64,000 nt of DNA from Paragordius varius. Lineage: Eukaryota > Animalia > Nematomorpha. Positions within the stretch are counted from its first letter, which is position 1; each line of letters starts with the position of its first letter. The stretch is taken from NCBI GenBank assembly GCA_964247055.1, contig OZ176051.1:13330001-13394000 (forward strand), read 5' to 3'. Both the position numbers and the translations under genes were made by a program. A model generated the notes under the pieces. It was not told where the DNA came from and searched no databases. It saw nothing but the letters and a program-made list of their open reading frames with translations. Of the stretch, positions 24,357 through 38,231 are shown piece after piece.

Positions 24357-26175
24357 ATGACTCCTAATTTTGGCTTCAATACCTCACAAATTAGATTTAA
24401 TCTGGAGAGCAGTTCAATTTTTTCAATGACATCTGTTCAAATATCTACTATTTCATATAATAAAATGACAAAACCATGTCCCATATCAGCTATAAATGAA
24501 CATAACTTTTTATACATAATTATTTTCTTTAAAATTATATGTTTCACTGGATTGTGTTTAAATGCGGCATTCCTCGTCATATTCATTACCAATATAAAAG
24601 ATATTTGGGAAAGACCAACTTACGTGATGTGGATCAATATATCTATTCTAAATCTTATAAGCTTCTTACTTATTGTGTCTAGGATAGAAAATAATCCATT
24701 TTATTTTAATTTTATAGCGAACATAGCTTATTTACAATTGGTGCTAAGTATAATAAATATAACTACAAGAAGATCTATCTATGTAAGTCAACAATACTGC
24801 TTTGCTATGCTAATGATAATAAGGTTTGTATTCATCACAGTTTTAATTACTCAATTTATAGACATTTAGATTTAAAATTTTGTTAATTAAATGTATACAA
24901 AACTGAGTTGGTATTTTGAGTCATAATGTATCCTATTTTGCCATCGATATTATAAAACTCCGCTCTTGAAGAAGACAGAAAATATGTTTAGTTATTAACT
25001 TGAATAAAGTAATTTTTATATGTAAATCTACAATTTATTTATTACAAACTTATATATGTCCAATATTTGTTGACGGGTGTCAGAATTGGATTTTAAAAAA
25101 ATAATTGATGATATTTAACCATCTATTATAGGGTTCCTAACACAAATGGCTTCGTTTAAATTTGGTGGGCCGCACTCAAAAAATATTCATATTTTCAATT
25201 TATGGTGTATTTATTTAATAATTTTTCAAATTTCTCGCGTTTTGAAGGCCACGTGTTAGACACCCCTGTATTATAAGATGTAGTTTTTGTAACAAATTAA
25301 CGTTTATACATTTAACATTTATTGGCTTTTTGATTTTTAAAATTTAAATGGATGGGATGAATTGATATTTCGGTCTTTGTAATAATTTTGGTTTCCCGAC
25401 ATATATTTTATTGTCATTTATAATCTCATTCTTTGTTTTTAGGTTTACCTAAACGAGCAATCTTTTAATATTTTGTTAATATGAAAGTATTTTAAACAGA
25501 TATGTTGCAATCGTATACCCTGTTCATTATCAAAATGGAAGAAGAAAGAAAATCATAAGATTTATTCCGGTTATAATTATTTTCTGGGTTCTTTTTGTGT
25601 ACACCCTATTCAACTACAAAAAAGGCATACTAACATGCATTCGAGAAAATCAAATTTGGTATTATTATATTACAAGAGGTCACTCAAAGTCTTTATATCT
25701 AAATGCTTTAATCACTTTTTTACACCTCATACCTCCAATACTTGTGTTAGGATTCGGTATAAAATCGATTTTGTTAATGAAAAACATGCATGGTCATAAC
25801 GGGCACCATCCCATAAACGGAAAAAATAAAAGTCCGACGCCCACATTGGGCGTTACAATACCCCAGACTTCTACTACTAAGTTCGAAACTAATTACAAGT
25901 CAAACATTGTTCTGATACTTTATTACTTCATTGGCATAATACCTGATATCATTGTTTTAAGTCTGGAGAGCTATTATTATCATTCAGGAGCAGTTAAAAG
26001 ATTAAGAATGCGCCACTTTATGAATGTATTGTTAGTGATTGATTTTGTTTACTTTTTATATTCAATCATATTGCCCATATATATTGACGCCAACATTTAC
26101 AATACATTTTTCCATAATGCTTTGATTATTCTAAAGGTGAAAAAACCGAGAGAAATAAGCCCATTACCATTTTAA
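24357..26175 (+). CDS. Divergent class A 7TM receptor, 2 exons (24357-24823; 25488 or 25500-26175), about 380-384 aa
   Basis: Exon 1: TM1 with GLCLN, TM2 RPTYVMWINISILNL. Phase-2 donor AG|GTTTGT at 24824 joins in frame to either AAG (25487) or CAG (25499), giving (SILN)RYVAIVYPVHY. TM4-TM7 follow, ending LPIY. The splice model is inferred, not transcript-verified. Confidence 0.75.
25129..25268. mobile_element. Short hAT MITE in the receptor intron
   Basis: TAGGGTTCCTAACAC...GGGCCGCA...GAAGGCCACGTGTTAGACACCCCTG; same end family as the other hAT MITEs. Confidence 0.55.
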
Positions 26176-26661
26176 TGCCCATCTATAACTGTTCTATGCC
26201 AGTAGTTGTAAAAATAAATTTTATTGACCTATCTATTGTTGTTGTTATTATTAATGTGATTACTTCTTTTTTAATACCATATAGGCATACCATAATACTA
26301 TTTCTTGTAATCATAGAGAAATTTATGTATACATTGTGAATTTTTCAGAATTTTGTAAAAAAAAATTTTATTTACCTAAAAATAAATTAAAAACATTGCT
26401 TAAAAGGCATGTAAAAGAGAAAATGATACAAATTCATTTTAATAATTAGTGCAGCAGATGATTCTAGTTTGGAAGAATCAATGACTAGGGAACGTATAAT
26501 TTCAGCCATGACAATTTAATACTAATGGCTAGAGAACGTTTCAGACATAATAAACAATTCGATATCTCAAACAAATGCTACTTAGATTTATTTCAAACCC
26601 CTAAAGTACGCAAGTTAGGCAGTGATACTATTCACAAGCAAATTTCAAAGGGCTAAATATA

Positions 26662-28501
26662 CCATTTTTACTTTAAGAGTGTCCTTGAACACTTCATGGT
26701 CCTTGAGCATTTCAATTTGGTCCTTGATTCAAGTTGGTTTTTACTTTAAGTTGTTCCTTGAAAACTTTAAGTTGGTCCTTCAACTTTTTTAATTTAAACC
26801 TTCAATCAAACCGTCTAACATTAATATATTAAATCATTTTTAACCTATACTCTTGATTTAACCAAATTTTAAAATCACTTTTGATCATTGAGAAACTGTA
26901 TATCTTTGTAAAGTTTTTAACAAATATATTAATATTAATAAGATTTCATAATTGAAATAATATGTTTTCTGGGTTATTAATAACAATTTTTCGTTGACAT
27001 TTATAATTGAATAATATGTTGGATGGGAAGAAATAATTTAAAAACAAAAAATTGGTTGTTTAATCAAAATGTGTGTGTGTGTATTGCTACAGTAAAGGTC
27101 GATTTTTTGCAATATTGTAAATAAAACTTCTCCATATGTTGCGATTTTTATTTTTATGAGTTCTGCCAAGGATGGATTGGTTTCTTGTAAAATATTCTCC
27201 ATCCACCTCGCTTTTACTTGTACCATTAACTTTTCCCAACATCAGGGATTTTTCCAGTGAGTTAGATCTCATAATGTGGCCGTAGGATAATTTTGTCCAG
27301 ATGGACATTCCAAGCAATGACATATCGGAATTGATTATTTTTAAATAAATTGTTAGTTATTTTATCCGTCCATTTTATTTGTAAGAGTTTTCTCAACATC
27401 CAGAGTTCAAAGGAATTTATTATCCGTAGGTCAATTTTATTAAAGTAGAATTTTCATAAATGTAGAGGAAAGTTGGAAAAATGATTGCATTTGTAAGTCG
27501 AATTTTCGTTTTTAAGCTGTCATCATGGCCCAAATTTTGTTATTATTATTTGCGGCCGTTTTGGCCATAGCTATCCTCCTTTTTATCTCGGGGGTACAAT
27601 TATTATCATCACGTAATATGTGTAACTGACTGTTTCAATTGAATTTCCGTTAACAATTATTGAAGCGTTTGCAACTTTTGGGTTAATTTGTATTTCTTTG
27701 TTTTGATAGATTAACCTGTCGCCCATTTTCGACACTCATCTACAAAATGATGAGAGTCAATAAGTTTAGATTTTCTGCGAAGATAACCGTATCATCTGCA
27801 TAGTGAATTGAAGTTGGATCATAGCATCCGACCTGGTCGTCGAATGTATCGGGTATGTTTCTCATTATGCATTCAAGATATGCATCAAACAAAATAGGTA
27901 ATAAGATGCAGCCCTGACGTAGGCCCACATTCACCATGCAAAGTTCAGCCACATGATTTGTGGAAACCACAGCAGTCGACTTGAGTAAATTGAGAATATT
28001 ATTTAATTAAATGAGTTGATTAGTTGTTTTAAGCATGAAAGTGATTGATCATTTTGGATGGAATCAAAAGCATTGGAAAAATCTACAAAGCATATATGTA
28101 TTTCCCTATTTAATTCGATGTGTTTCCATTATCCATCTCATATTGGCTATCATATCTCTACATCCTCGCCCTTTTCGGAAACCAGCCTGAGTAAATGATA
28201 TTTCTGGTTCTAAAATAGACTGGAGGCGTTTTTGAATGATTTTTAAGAAGATTTTAGTCATTTGTGTTAGAGATATTGTTCTATAATCGTTATAAATTTC
28301 CGGATTTCCTTTTTTCAAAATCAAGAAAATTATGTTGAAAAATCAATAAAATAATTAGTTTCATGCAAAATTTGGTTAAATCCAAACTTAAATAGGACCA
28401 ACTTGAAATGTTCAAGTACCAACTTGAAATGTTCAAATACCAACTTGAAATGTTCATAAACCAACTTAAAGTGTTCATGGACACTCTTGAAGTACAATTA
28501 A
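26662..28501. mobile_element. Foldback-like MITE, family B copy 3 (reverse orientation), interrupted by an RTE fragment
   Basis: TA|CCATTTTTACTTTAAGAGTGTCC at the left. Inverted 21-bp units and GGACACTCTTGAAGTACAATTAA at the right. The family B internal sequence is split around 27050/28330. Confidence 0.7.
27080..28330 (-). mobile_element. RTE-clade LINE fragment (RT and 3' region), 5'-truncated
   Basis: YRTISL...QAGFRKGRGCRD (28106-28324), VGLRQGCIL.PILF and YADDTVIFAEN (27740-27970), YGHIMR...LEKSLMLGKVNG (27087-27323). Confidence 0.85.
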
Positions 28502-28504
28502 TAT

Positions 28505-29153
28505 ATTATGGACCTTTAGATCTTCGACGCAGACCATAAGCAGATATTAATTAGCGTGTTTGTTCAACGCACCCCCAGCCTAATTTTGATTGATTACATT
28601 TTTTAATATAATATATTTATCAATTCAAGTTGACTTTGTACAAAATATTATTCAGATGTTTGTCATTATTTTAATTATATAGGATTGACCAATTTTAAGT
28701 TTATTAACCGTCCCAACCCAGTTTCATTTTGGAACTTTCCAGTTTTGATTCAATGAAGATGAGCACTCTGATTTAGAATCCAATATTTTGATAACTATTG
28801 GTTCTCATAAAATTTCCGATTGCGGTTATCATTTAAATTAAAATGTCTTCGCGTTTTTTGAAGTGATTAGAAAGCTTAATATATTAGATATAAATATAAT
28901 TTTTGATGCAATTAAAATATGTCAGATAGTGGTTTATTCTTATTTGTTTAATCAGCTGTTTTTCGAAAGTTTTATTTATGGTAGTTTCGGATATCATATT
29001 AAATTTACTTATGACAATTTGACTAAAATGTAGTCACACTAATTTTTAAAAAAATACTTGTATGAATTAAACACAAAAAGGTCATTCAATCACCATGTGG
29101 TATGGTTATATATTTTTAATATATAATATATATAAAAAAATTAATATAATTGT

Positions 29154-29202
<49 letters not shown>

Positions 29203-32200
29203 CATATAGGTTCCATTAATCATTTAACATACACTGTAAATGGAACGATAGATGGAAGATATAATTTGACTCTGTATAAATTTTGATAGCTGAAATAAAA
29301 TTAATAAAAATTATACACGATTGCGGCTTGAAAGGAGACAGTATTAAATATGTAAATATCACATTATAGTAATATCTGAATACCCTTCGCATTCAGTAGC
29401 ATTTGTGCTATAATCAATTTTCCATTTACATTGTTGTTTTGACTGAGAGCTTTCATATTCTCCTATGTTTGATGTTGGAACGTATTTGGTTTTGGTTCAA
29501 TTGGTAATTGTTTGAAATACTTAGCGTCGGGAGATTTGTTTTAATGGTCAGGTGGGCGTTTCACCTGTGTAGGTTGACTTATATAGGCCTGTTGACCAGT
29601 AATTTTTGTGGTTGGTAAATAATTTGGATAAGATGAAGGATCTATATGTAAAATTGTTGTGCTGTTGATATTAAGTTAGGGTAATGATCACCATTACTGC
29701 AAAGATAATTTATCATGCGCCGGTTTGTGAAAGGTTGGGCGTGACCTACCAAAAAATGCTATAATACTTTGATTTCTGTTATTTGGCCTGTTGGTATTTT
29801 GATTGATATTTTTTTATATTAGCTGTTTGAAACAATGTGGTTGTCCAAAATACTTTGCTTGGGAAGCGAAATCAGGATATAAAATGGAGGAGAATCATTT
29901 TCATCATATTTTTGGTGGTGCAGACCAACAGTTGTGATCTTATGTGGGTCTACCCAAATTAAACGGTTTAGACTTAACCGGTGGTTTAATTATATTTTTG
30001 CACATTTGACGCATTTTTTTTAAAAGGTTTGCTGTAATATATTTCTCATCCAGCTCTTTCCGTGCTTTATGTTCATATGTTGTTAAAGATGAGTTAGTAT
30101 CAGATATCACTTGCGCAGGTCTAGCTAAATCCGCTGTTTTGCAATCTTCTCGCTTTGTGAATAGGAATTCATAATACCACGACTTGGACTCCTCTTTTTT
30201 GTTCTTGTTCTTTTTGATTTCTTATATCGTTAGTTAAAATGGTTTTATAGAGTGTGTTGGACGAATTTATAAGGAAGATTTACCGTCGTGATGTTAACCT
30301 TATAACAAGCTGCATTTAATAGCTCATCATCAATATAAGTAAAGAGAAATTGATTATGTTTCAAAACTGTTTAAAAAGAATCCCTATGCAAACGACTACG
30401 TACTGGATTTGAAATAGATCTTTTTAGGCACCAAGTACTTTTGCTAAAGCATTGGTGTTCATCCCATTTTTCTATCTGACGTTCCAACATACTTTTGTCT
30501 TTTTGAAATTAAATTGTTTTATTTGGGACAAATCATTATTGGATCGCACCAAAGCTACAAATAATAACGCCTCATCATTATGCATGTTAAATGGCTTTTG
30601 CTTAAATAAACTATCATCAAATTCTTCATAATAAAATCGTCTCCTATAGAGAAATCTGGATTGTTTATGATCGCAACCTTTTTACTTAACTTTTAAATCC
30701 TTAACGATAGGAGACATCTATGGCATCGTTTGATTTTTAAATTGTGCAAGATTTGTAGGAAATTCAATATTAGTAATTTTGCCTCCATACCCATTTGTAT
30801 GATCCAAGGTAGAAAAACTAGTTTTTAATGGAAGGTGGTTCAGTCGTACTAAATCAAATGTAAAATGAGGTATTCCCAAGTCAGTGACTAGGGACGAACT
30901 GATCCGGGAAGTCAGTATATCGAAACCCCGTTTGGCTACTGGATGAGCTAATGACCTCTGTTTTCTAAAGGGTTGTGGTGTAACAGGAATGTCGTTTACA
31001 TTATTCGCTAATTATTTCATTGATATAACTGTAGTTGTTGTGAGTGTTGAGGAATGTCGGTTATATCAATCTTTCGTGTTACCTGAGGAAAAGCATTGAC
31101 AGAATATGTACCATTTTTATCATATATGCTTTTGAAATGATGTATTCTTATTGGAGGTGCAACCAATGAAAGTTTAAATGAAATACTCTGAGGGTTGTCA
31201 ATGTTGGATATCTCACATTTGCGCCAGAAACCAAAGTATTTACAGTAGAAACTTCCCAAATGTAATTAATGCCCTTGTCTTTTGAAATGGAAGATGGCAG
31301 GGGAAGACCCATCAAATCATAGCAACCAAAGATTCTTGACTCCTCCCGTTAGGGGAACCAAGTGGAATCTGATGGCTTAATCGAAGAAGAATATCCAATG
31401 ATTGGGTAACCTGAAATTGGTGCAAAACATACCAGCGATATTTATATTTGAAGAAAAAACAGTTGTACTTTGAGATAGAGTTGCCCTTTGATAGTAGGAA
31501 AAGACGTTTGCGGATTTAAGGCCTTGTATGGTAAAAGACTTATTGTAATATGGAATTTTATAATCTACTTAGCTTCCCATATTCGGATTAAAAGAATCAT
31601 GGTATGTTACTTTTGAGGTCAATATTAGGGATGATTTCGAAATTGGACTTTTTCTTTTGCTTTTAGGTGTGGTTCTTAGATGCAGGACATATGATATATG
31701 CAACAGTTTCCTTTGTTGTTTTTGCATTGCCATAGGATTTAAGACAGGTAACGAAAATTCTTTAATAAATTTCGCCTCATTTTTGGAACTAAAACCATCT
31801 GGTTCTCAGAAGTTTGGCCGTAAATTATTTTTCATATCAAGACTGGGTACATAATTAATAGTTTCACTTATAAAGTGAGATGACAACGGTTGAGGGAAAG
31901 AGAAATCAGATGATTTTGACAAATGCGAAGAACTGCCACTTAGGCTCCTGTTAGCGGTCGGAATCCGGTTATTAGTTTTAAATGTGGAGGAGCATGATGA
32001 AGTATCCGACTCATCGCTACTCATATCGCTTAAATGTAATCCCCACCCTGTTCTCCGTTTATAATAATAGAAGAGATAAGACTTTGAATGCCCATGAATG
32101 CCATTTGATTTTTATTATCATTAAAAACATATCGGGAGGAAATGTTATCGGATTCGGTCGCCTTATGTCTGGGTAATCACTATGGGATTTATCATTTGTT

Positions 32201-33165
32201 TTTGGTTTCCCATTTTGTATTATTTCCCTACCAATAAGTGGACTTTGACTTCTTTCACTACCTCTATGCCGATGGTGCACTCGATAAGATTATTGATGAT
32301 TAAAAAAATCCTTAAAATTTGCGTAAGGTGGTACATTTTGAAAAGGATGAAGTGTGCGACTTGTTTATTTGTGAATATGTAGGTATTTTGGGCGATGGAT
32401 CTTGCTATAACGGACAGGCCTTGATTCTAATGCCTTCAGATCCATATATTGACGTGAAAGCATATTTAATCGGCCTATTATTTTACGAAGGTTTGGATTG
32501 CTAGAGGTAGTGCATTGTATCAGCCCCTGTGAAATCTTTCTCAATAATTTTTCTGACCTTGTTAATACAAATATTTGATACCGATTAAGAGTTTATAAAT
32601 TTTAATTGAAAATATACCTTCTTATTTGGCGTTTCAATTTCTATTTGTTCATCCTTTATTAAACCTGATGCGTTCATACCAAGATTTATATATTAATGTT
32701 TTGAATGTCAATCGTTTCAACGAATTTTCGTGAATTATTTTATTTTAAATAACTTGATTTAGGTTTTGTTAGATGTTGAGGTGCAAATCCATTACTAAAT
32801 TTTCCTATTTCAGATTGATTTTTCAATTTAATTTCAATGGGATTTTGTCTTTCAGTATTAGTTTTATAGAAATAATTGTAATTAATATCATATTCCATTC
32901 ATCGGCAAATGTAGAAGAATCGGATTTGATACCGGGAATCATATATGGTTTTTGATCGGATATTAACGTATTGTAATTATATATAAAATATGTTATTTTG
33001 AAAGCGATTTACAGTCATAAAAAATTAAAATAAATATATAATTCAAGGTCTCGCAGTTTTTGAAAAAATTCGTGAAAATGCTCCAAAAAGTTATTAATAT
33101 TAAACTAATTTTTAATCAATATATCGATCTCCATGGTCATATGTATTCTCTCCGTCTGAATTCTG
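28505..33165 (-). pseudogene. Decayed very long Ser/Pro/Asn/Gln-rich reading frame (possible terminal exon of the FERM pseudogene)
   Basis: Less AT-rich than the flanks. Minus-strand frames stay coding-like for kilobases between scattered stops and frameshifts (e.g. MSSDESDTSSCSSTFKTNNRIPTANRSLSGSSSHLSKSSDFSFPQP; DPSSYPNYLPTTKITGQQAYISQPTQVKRPPDH). No domain recognised; an AT-rich insertion lies at about 28900-29300. Confidence 0.55.
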
Positions 33166-33214
33166 ATAATATTTTTTTAGTTTGAGGGCTTATATAAGCC
33201 TAACGCGTATAATA

Positions 33215-33660
33215 AAACCGCAACAAACATTATTTTACCTGTGTGCATAGATATGTTAAATTTAATATATATAGCTATCAATGTAAAACAAAAAAGTAAA
33301 AATTTTCATAAAAAGTTTAAAAACCGCAATCCATAGTATTTTTACCTGTATATATTAAAGTATTAATATTTAATAATTGATAACAATTAGCAAGGTTGAA
33401 CAAAAACAAAAAAAATAAAAAGTATAATGAATTAAAAACCGCAATTTTTACCTGTATATATCAATATGTAACAAATATATAATAATTATTAACAATGCAA
33501 AACCTAAAAAACAAAAAATCTATAATCTACATAAATTTTCTCAATCCCAAATATTTTTACCTATATTTTTCAATACAAAAATTATTGATAATTAACAAAG
33601 AACGAAAAAATCTAAAATCTATATAAATTTTACAAACTCAAATATTTTTACCTATGTTTT
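33215..33660. repeat. Degenerate tandem array, about 5 units of about 90-110 bp
   Basis: Recurrent TTTTACCT at about 33234, 33341, 33447, 33557 and 33648; the first three are preceded by AAAACCGCAA. Confidence 0.55.
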
Positions 33661-35168
33661 TGATAATTATTAAAGTTAATTTTATGAAATAATAAAAACA
33701 CAAATTTTGAATAATACAGGTATTTAATTATATGAAAAATATTAATTTTAATTAGAGATAATTCATAAATAATGTTAAAATACCTATTTTATTTAATAAT
33801 TGATTAAACATTAAAATCCACAAAATTCCGCATCTTAATACTTATAAAACAAAATATTCAAATGTAAACAAAAAATGCTATATTCTCAAAATTTAACATT
33901 ACAAATATCCATCAAATTAACCCTATGTTGATTCTCACGTCATTCCTCCTTTATAAGTGCAGTATGAAATAATTTATGGATCTTTTAACATTTAATAAAC
34001 CATTTCTTTTATATGGCTAGCTACAAAATTAGTTAACAGACACTAAAATGCATATTGCTTTATGTTTTTATATAAATTTCAAGCTTTATGAATATACACC
34101 AAAATGTAATCTCATAAAAATTCAAAAGATAATGAATAAAATGTTGATGGGATTTTTGTATTTTTAACTAAATTTAGTATATTCACAACTTGGAATATAT
34201 AAAATTGATAAGAATGAAATTTAATATATAGGGCAATCTTAAAACCATAAACTGATACAATTTCTGCAATTATTTAAACATTTATGTTGCAAAACGTTTG
34301 TATCCCTAATATGGCGTGTGACAATCATATAAAATTAATGAAACACTTTATCCAAAAAATTTATCCAAAAAAAAGTAATTTAAATAACAAAATTTGACAT
34401 AATATTTGGTTGATAAATTGAAATATCTAGGGTAAATTATATATACAGTATGCATTTTAATAGTTGCTTATTTCACAATAAGTGGGGCAATTTGCAATAC
34501 AGTAATGTATGGAAAAACAACCAAATGTTTAATAAACAATTATTCTATATATGGAATATAATTTCAATAGTGGAAATGGAAGAGTTGGAAATTATTGATT
34601 GAAGGAGAATTATTAAAGCTGTTGTGTGTGAGGCAACGGATTTAGTTACTAATTGTTAAATAGATATTACGCTCAATTAAAACGTTAAATATAATTACAA
34701 TAGTTTATTTATTTATATATTTAAATGCACTCAGGCTAAATTGGGTACCGGTATTAGCTAGGTTTGTATTTAGACTGTTAGATAATTGAGTATGAATTAT
34801 AGAAGAGGTGTTAATATTTTGACAAAGTGGTAATTATTATCATTGGAATTTTTTGAAGATGATTTATCTATTTACACAAATATAGTAATTTTTTTAATTA
34901 AACCGGAAATTTTTGTAACATAACAAAATCGGTCATAGTAAAATGCTTATGCGACCTCTGAGTTTGTTTTACGTTATATTAAACCATAAATTAATTGGAA
35001 ATTCTTTTCCAAGTATTTTATACTTTATCCGCCTATAAGATTCTGTTAAGTTTAGGGATTTTTTGACCGTAGCAAACTAAACCTAGGATTCATAATCGTA
35101 TAATTTAAACCTATAAGCTTAATTTTTATCTTTTACATTTTAACCTTACTTTAATTTTGACTTTAGAG

Positions 35169-35432
35169 CAGGTGTGTTGTCCAATATATCTTAGCGGGCC
35201 GCATTTAAAATATATATAATTGTTTTCGTACATAAGTCTATATAAAATGCAAAACAATTTTTAATACTGGCCAATTGAATGGATTTTATTGAAAAAAGTT
35301 GTTTAATAATTAATTTTACTAAATTTTATGCGAATATTTTTGAAAATTATGGATTTGCAATATTTTCGCAGGCCGGAGAAGATGTCTCGGAGGCCAGCAT
35401 GCGGCCCGCGGGTCGCGTGTTGAACCCCCTTG
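35169..35432. mobile_element. hAT MITE
   Basis: CAGGTGTGTTGTCCAA...GCGGGCCGC and GCGGCCCGCGGGTCGCGTGTTGAACCCCCTTG ends; flanks CTTTAGAG/CTTTACCG (6/8). Confidence 0.7.
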
Positions 35433-36539
35433 CTTTACCGTATTTGAATTTATATTAAAATATGCTTTCCATACCCTTTAAATATATTATTCAAAAAAGA
35501 ATTTAAAAGCATATAATATTGCATATATCTAATCGCTAATATTTTGCTTTGATATTTTAGGTTATTAACCAATCCTTACTCTTATTTGTAATAATAAATA
35601 CATTATAAATTATTAATAAAAATGCAAAAACGTACCATTATAACTTGACAACCTTATTATAATATAAATTTTATTTTGGCTAACCATTTATCGGCAATCA
35701 TACTTGTATATTATTATAGATATACTTTTATAAATTAAATTTTAGCACAGATATTTAACTTTTTGATAAAAGTTAAAATACTTGGTTTGGCGTTTGTTAT
35801 ACATGGGTTTATCTTTAGAGTTTGTACTGTTTGAGACTTAGAAAGGATTACAATGATACTGCATGTCACAGTTTTTGGTGAACCGATCTTGGTTAATTGT
35901 AAACTTATTGATCTTGATCAAATATGAAAGTAAACTATATAATAATATATTATGTATTTGTAAGTGGCAAAATTCCATATACATGGTATTTATCATAATT
36001 CGATTTTTTCTGCAATAAACCAAAAATAAAAATCAATGGAATTATTGCGATTCATTATTAAGATTTCAATTAATTTAAGGCAATTATATTAACATAAATA
36101 ATATGTTTAAAATTGTTTTTCAAATACGTAAATTGACTAATTAATATTACCTAAAACATGAAAGTGCATATTTTGATATATAAAAACACTGGCATTACAA
36201 TTTTTTTATTTTGGATGTAAAAGATTGTAAAAGATTTATAAAATTAAAACCACCATTTAATTACCTATTTTGAGTTTAGTAGCATGTTTTTTTTATAGTT
36301 GGAGATAGTTTATTTACATAGAGCGCATTAATATAATAATTGACTTCAATAATTTAAGAGGGATTAATAAAAAAATTATGCATGATCATTATAGGGCAAA
36401 ACAATTTTTTTTATTTAAAATTATATGATTTTTGCTTGCGTAGTTGTAATAATGTTTAATATTATAAATTTAACCGAAAACAAAGATAATTTTATCCAAA
36501 CTCCGGGTTTAATTAATACCATTAATAATAATAATAATA

Positions 36540-37870
36540 ACTTATCAAACTATAGTTTGGCTAAGGAGTGTGCATTATAACGAAATGTTTAATCTTATAT
36601 CGGGATTCGTGTGTACATTATTTGTACAAAGTTGTATGGTTACAAGACAATACCATTTCAAATTACAAAAACATAAATGCATATTATTTCTGAAAAATTG
36701 TTACTACAATTGCTTAGCACTAACTTTTATCCAAATTTTGCTTCGAATCCTGAACACGCATCAAGTATATATATCAAGCAGTGTTCAATATTATGGACAC
36801 GTAGAATCGTATTTGTGACATATACCTCCATTTTCAAAATGAACAGGTATTGTCGCCTCTACTTTTTTGGGATCGGATTGAATATGTTAAACGGGGTCAT
36901 GCAATTAAACAGTTTAGGCAAAGTATAACATACCTTTACCTTTCAATTACGATACTGTAATATTTTTGGTCCTAAATTTACCTGGGTTATATTTTTTAAA
37001 GAGTCAATACATATTTAGTCCAAATGTTTTGGGTGGATTGGCAAATACCACCTTTTTAGATAACACGAGTGATCCCATAATTAATGAGAGACTAGAATTT
37101 CCAAACATTACCACTTTTGATAAGGATAATAATTTTTAGCGTGAATGGTTCATACTTTATTCAAAGGAAGTGTGTGTTTATTACAATTTTCAATACCAAA
37201 CTAGTATATTATTTTTATATACATTATTATCTTAATAAACTGCTTTCCACTAATAATTATATTAAATTGCATTATCATACGGCTTATTTGGGTGCGGAGA
37301 TCGCGACACAGGAGATTACTAAAAATAGATGTTCCCAACAATTGCTACGCTGAAGCTTACATGTTATCACAACAATTAAAATACCCCAAAACTGTTGGGG
37401 AAAAACTAACGGCTTTAGTGTACCAATCCATTAAATTTGCAAGTGTGGATGATGTAGCTAATTGAAATATTCGAATTGCTTCTATCACCTCCAACCATTC
37501 TACTAATATACATGACAATGGCTTAACCAAACCCAAAGACAATTATCCGCCGGGGAGCAGATTTCGTCTACTAAAATAGAAATTTTTATACCCAACATTT
37601 GGGATATGGCTGTGAAAAGCCATGTTTACAATGTACCTTAAGTTTTTGTATATTGCATTAATTTTACCAAAATTTATAGCGGATACCTTTTATCTATAAA
37701 AAAATGAAAACATAGTTAATCAAAACCCAGTTATTTTGCCTTACCGATTAGTATTATATCTTTTGGCTCTCAGCGAATTAAATATTCTCGTATTAGGTTT
37801 CATCTATGTAGATATTTCTATGGCGGAAGTGTATTCAATTACTATACTTAAACGTTACTGTTTTTTATAA
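36540..37870 (+). pseudogene. Frameshifted paralog of the 15423-16937 receptor
   Basis: Collinear nucleotide similarity along most of the CDS, e.g. WTRRIVFVTYTSIFKMNRYCRLYFF vs WARRVIFVTTTSIFKMNMFCRLYFF, and an identical CCCAACATTTGGGATATGGCTGTGAAAA. Many frameshifts and stops. Confidence 0.9.
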
Positions 37871-38198
37871 AAACATTGCTTTTTATTTAAATAACATTTT
37901 AACCATTTTCCTATCGGTACGGAACAGGATTGACAAAAATATTGTATACGCCTATTAATATTTGGATGCTGGCATATCTTATTATGTTATTTTTTAGTAC
38001 ATTTATGAATATTATATGAAAATTATACCTTGTAAATGGTGTATGTTTATTAACGCAATATCTTACTTGAAACCGATCGCTTGATCATTTGATTGGTAGG
38101 CATGCGCAAAAATGTAATATTCAGTACTATTTTTCAAAAATTTGATTTCGTGTTTTGAAATAAAATTCAACGGTATCCTTATAGTAATCCTATTTTAG

Positions 38199-38231
<33 letters not shown>

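Noticed and set aside
25443-25487. In-frame TAA codons if the receptor 2 intron ended at 25442, suggesting a non-standard genetic code
   Set aside because: Downstream in-frame acceptors avoid them, and both receptor genes terminate normally at TAA.
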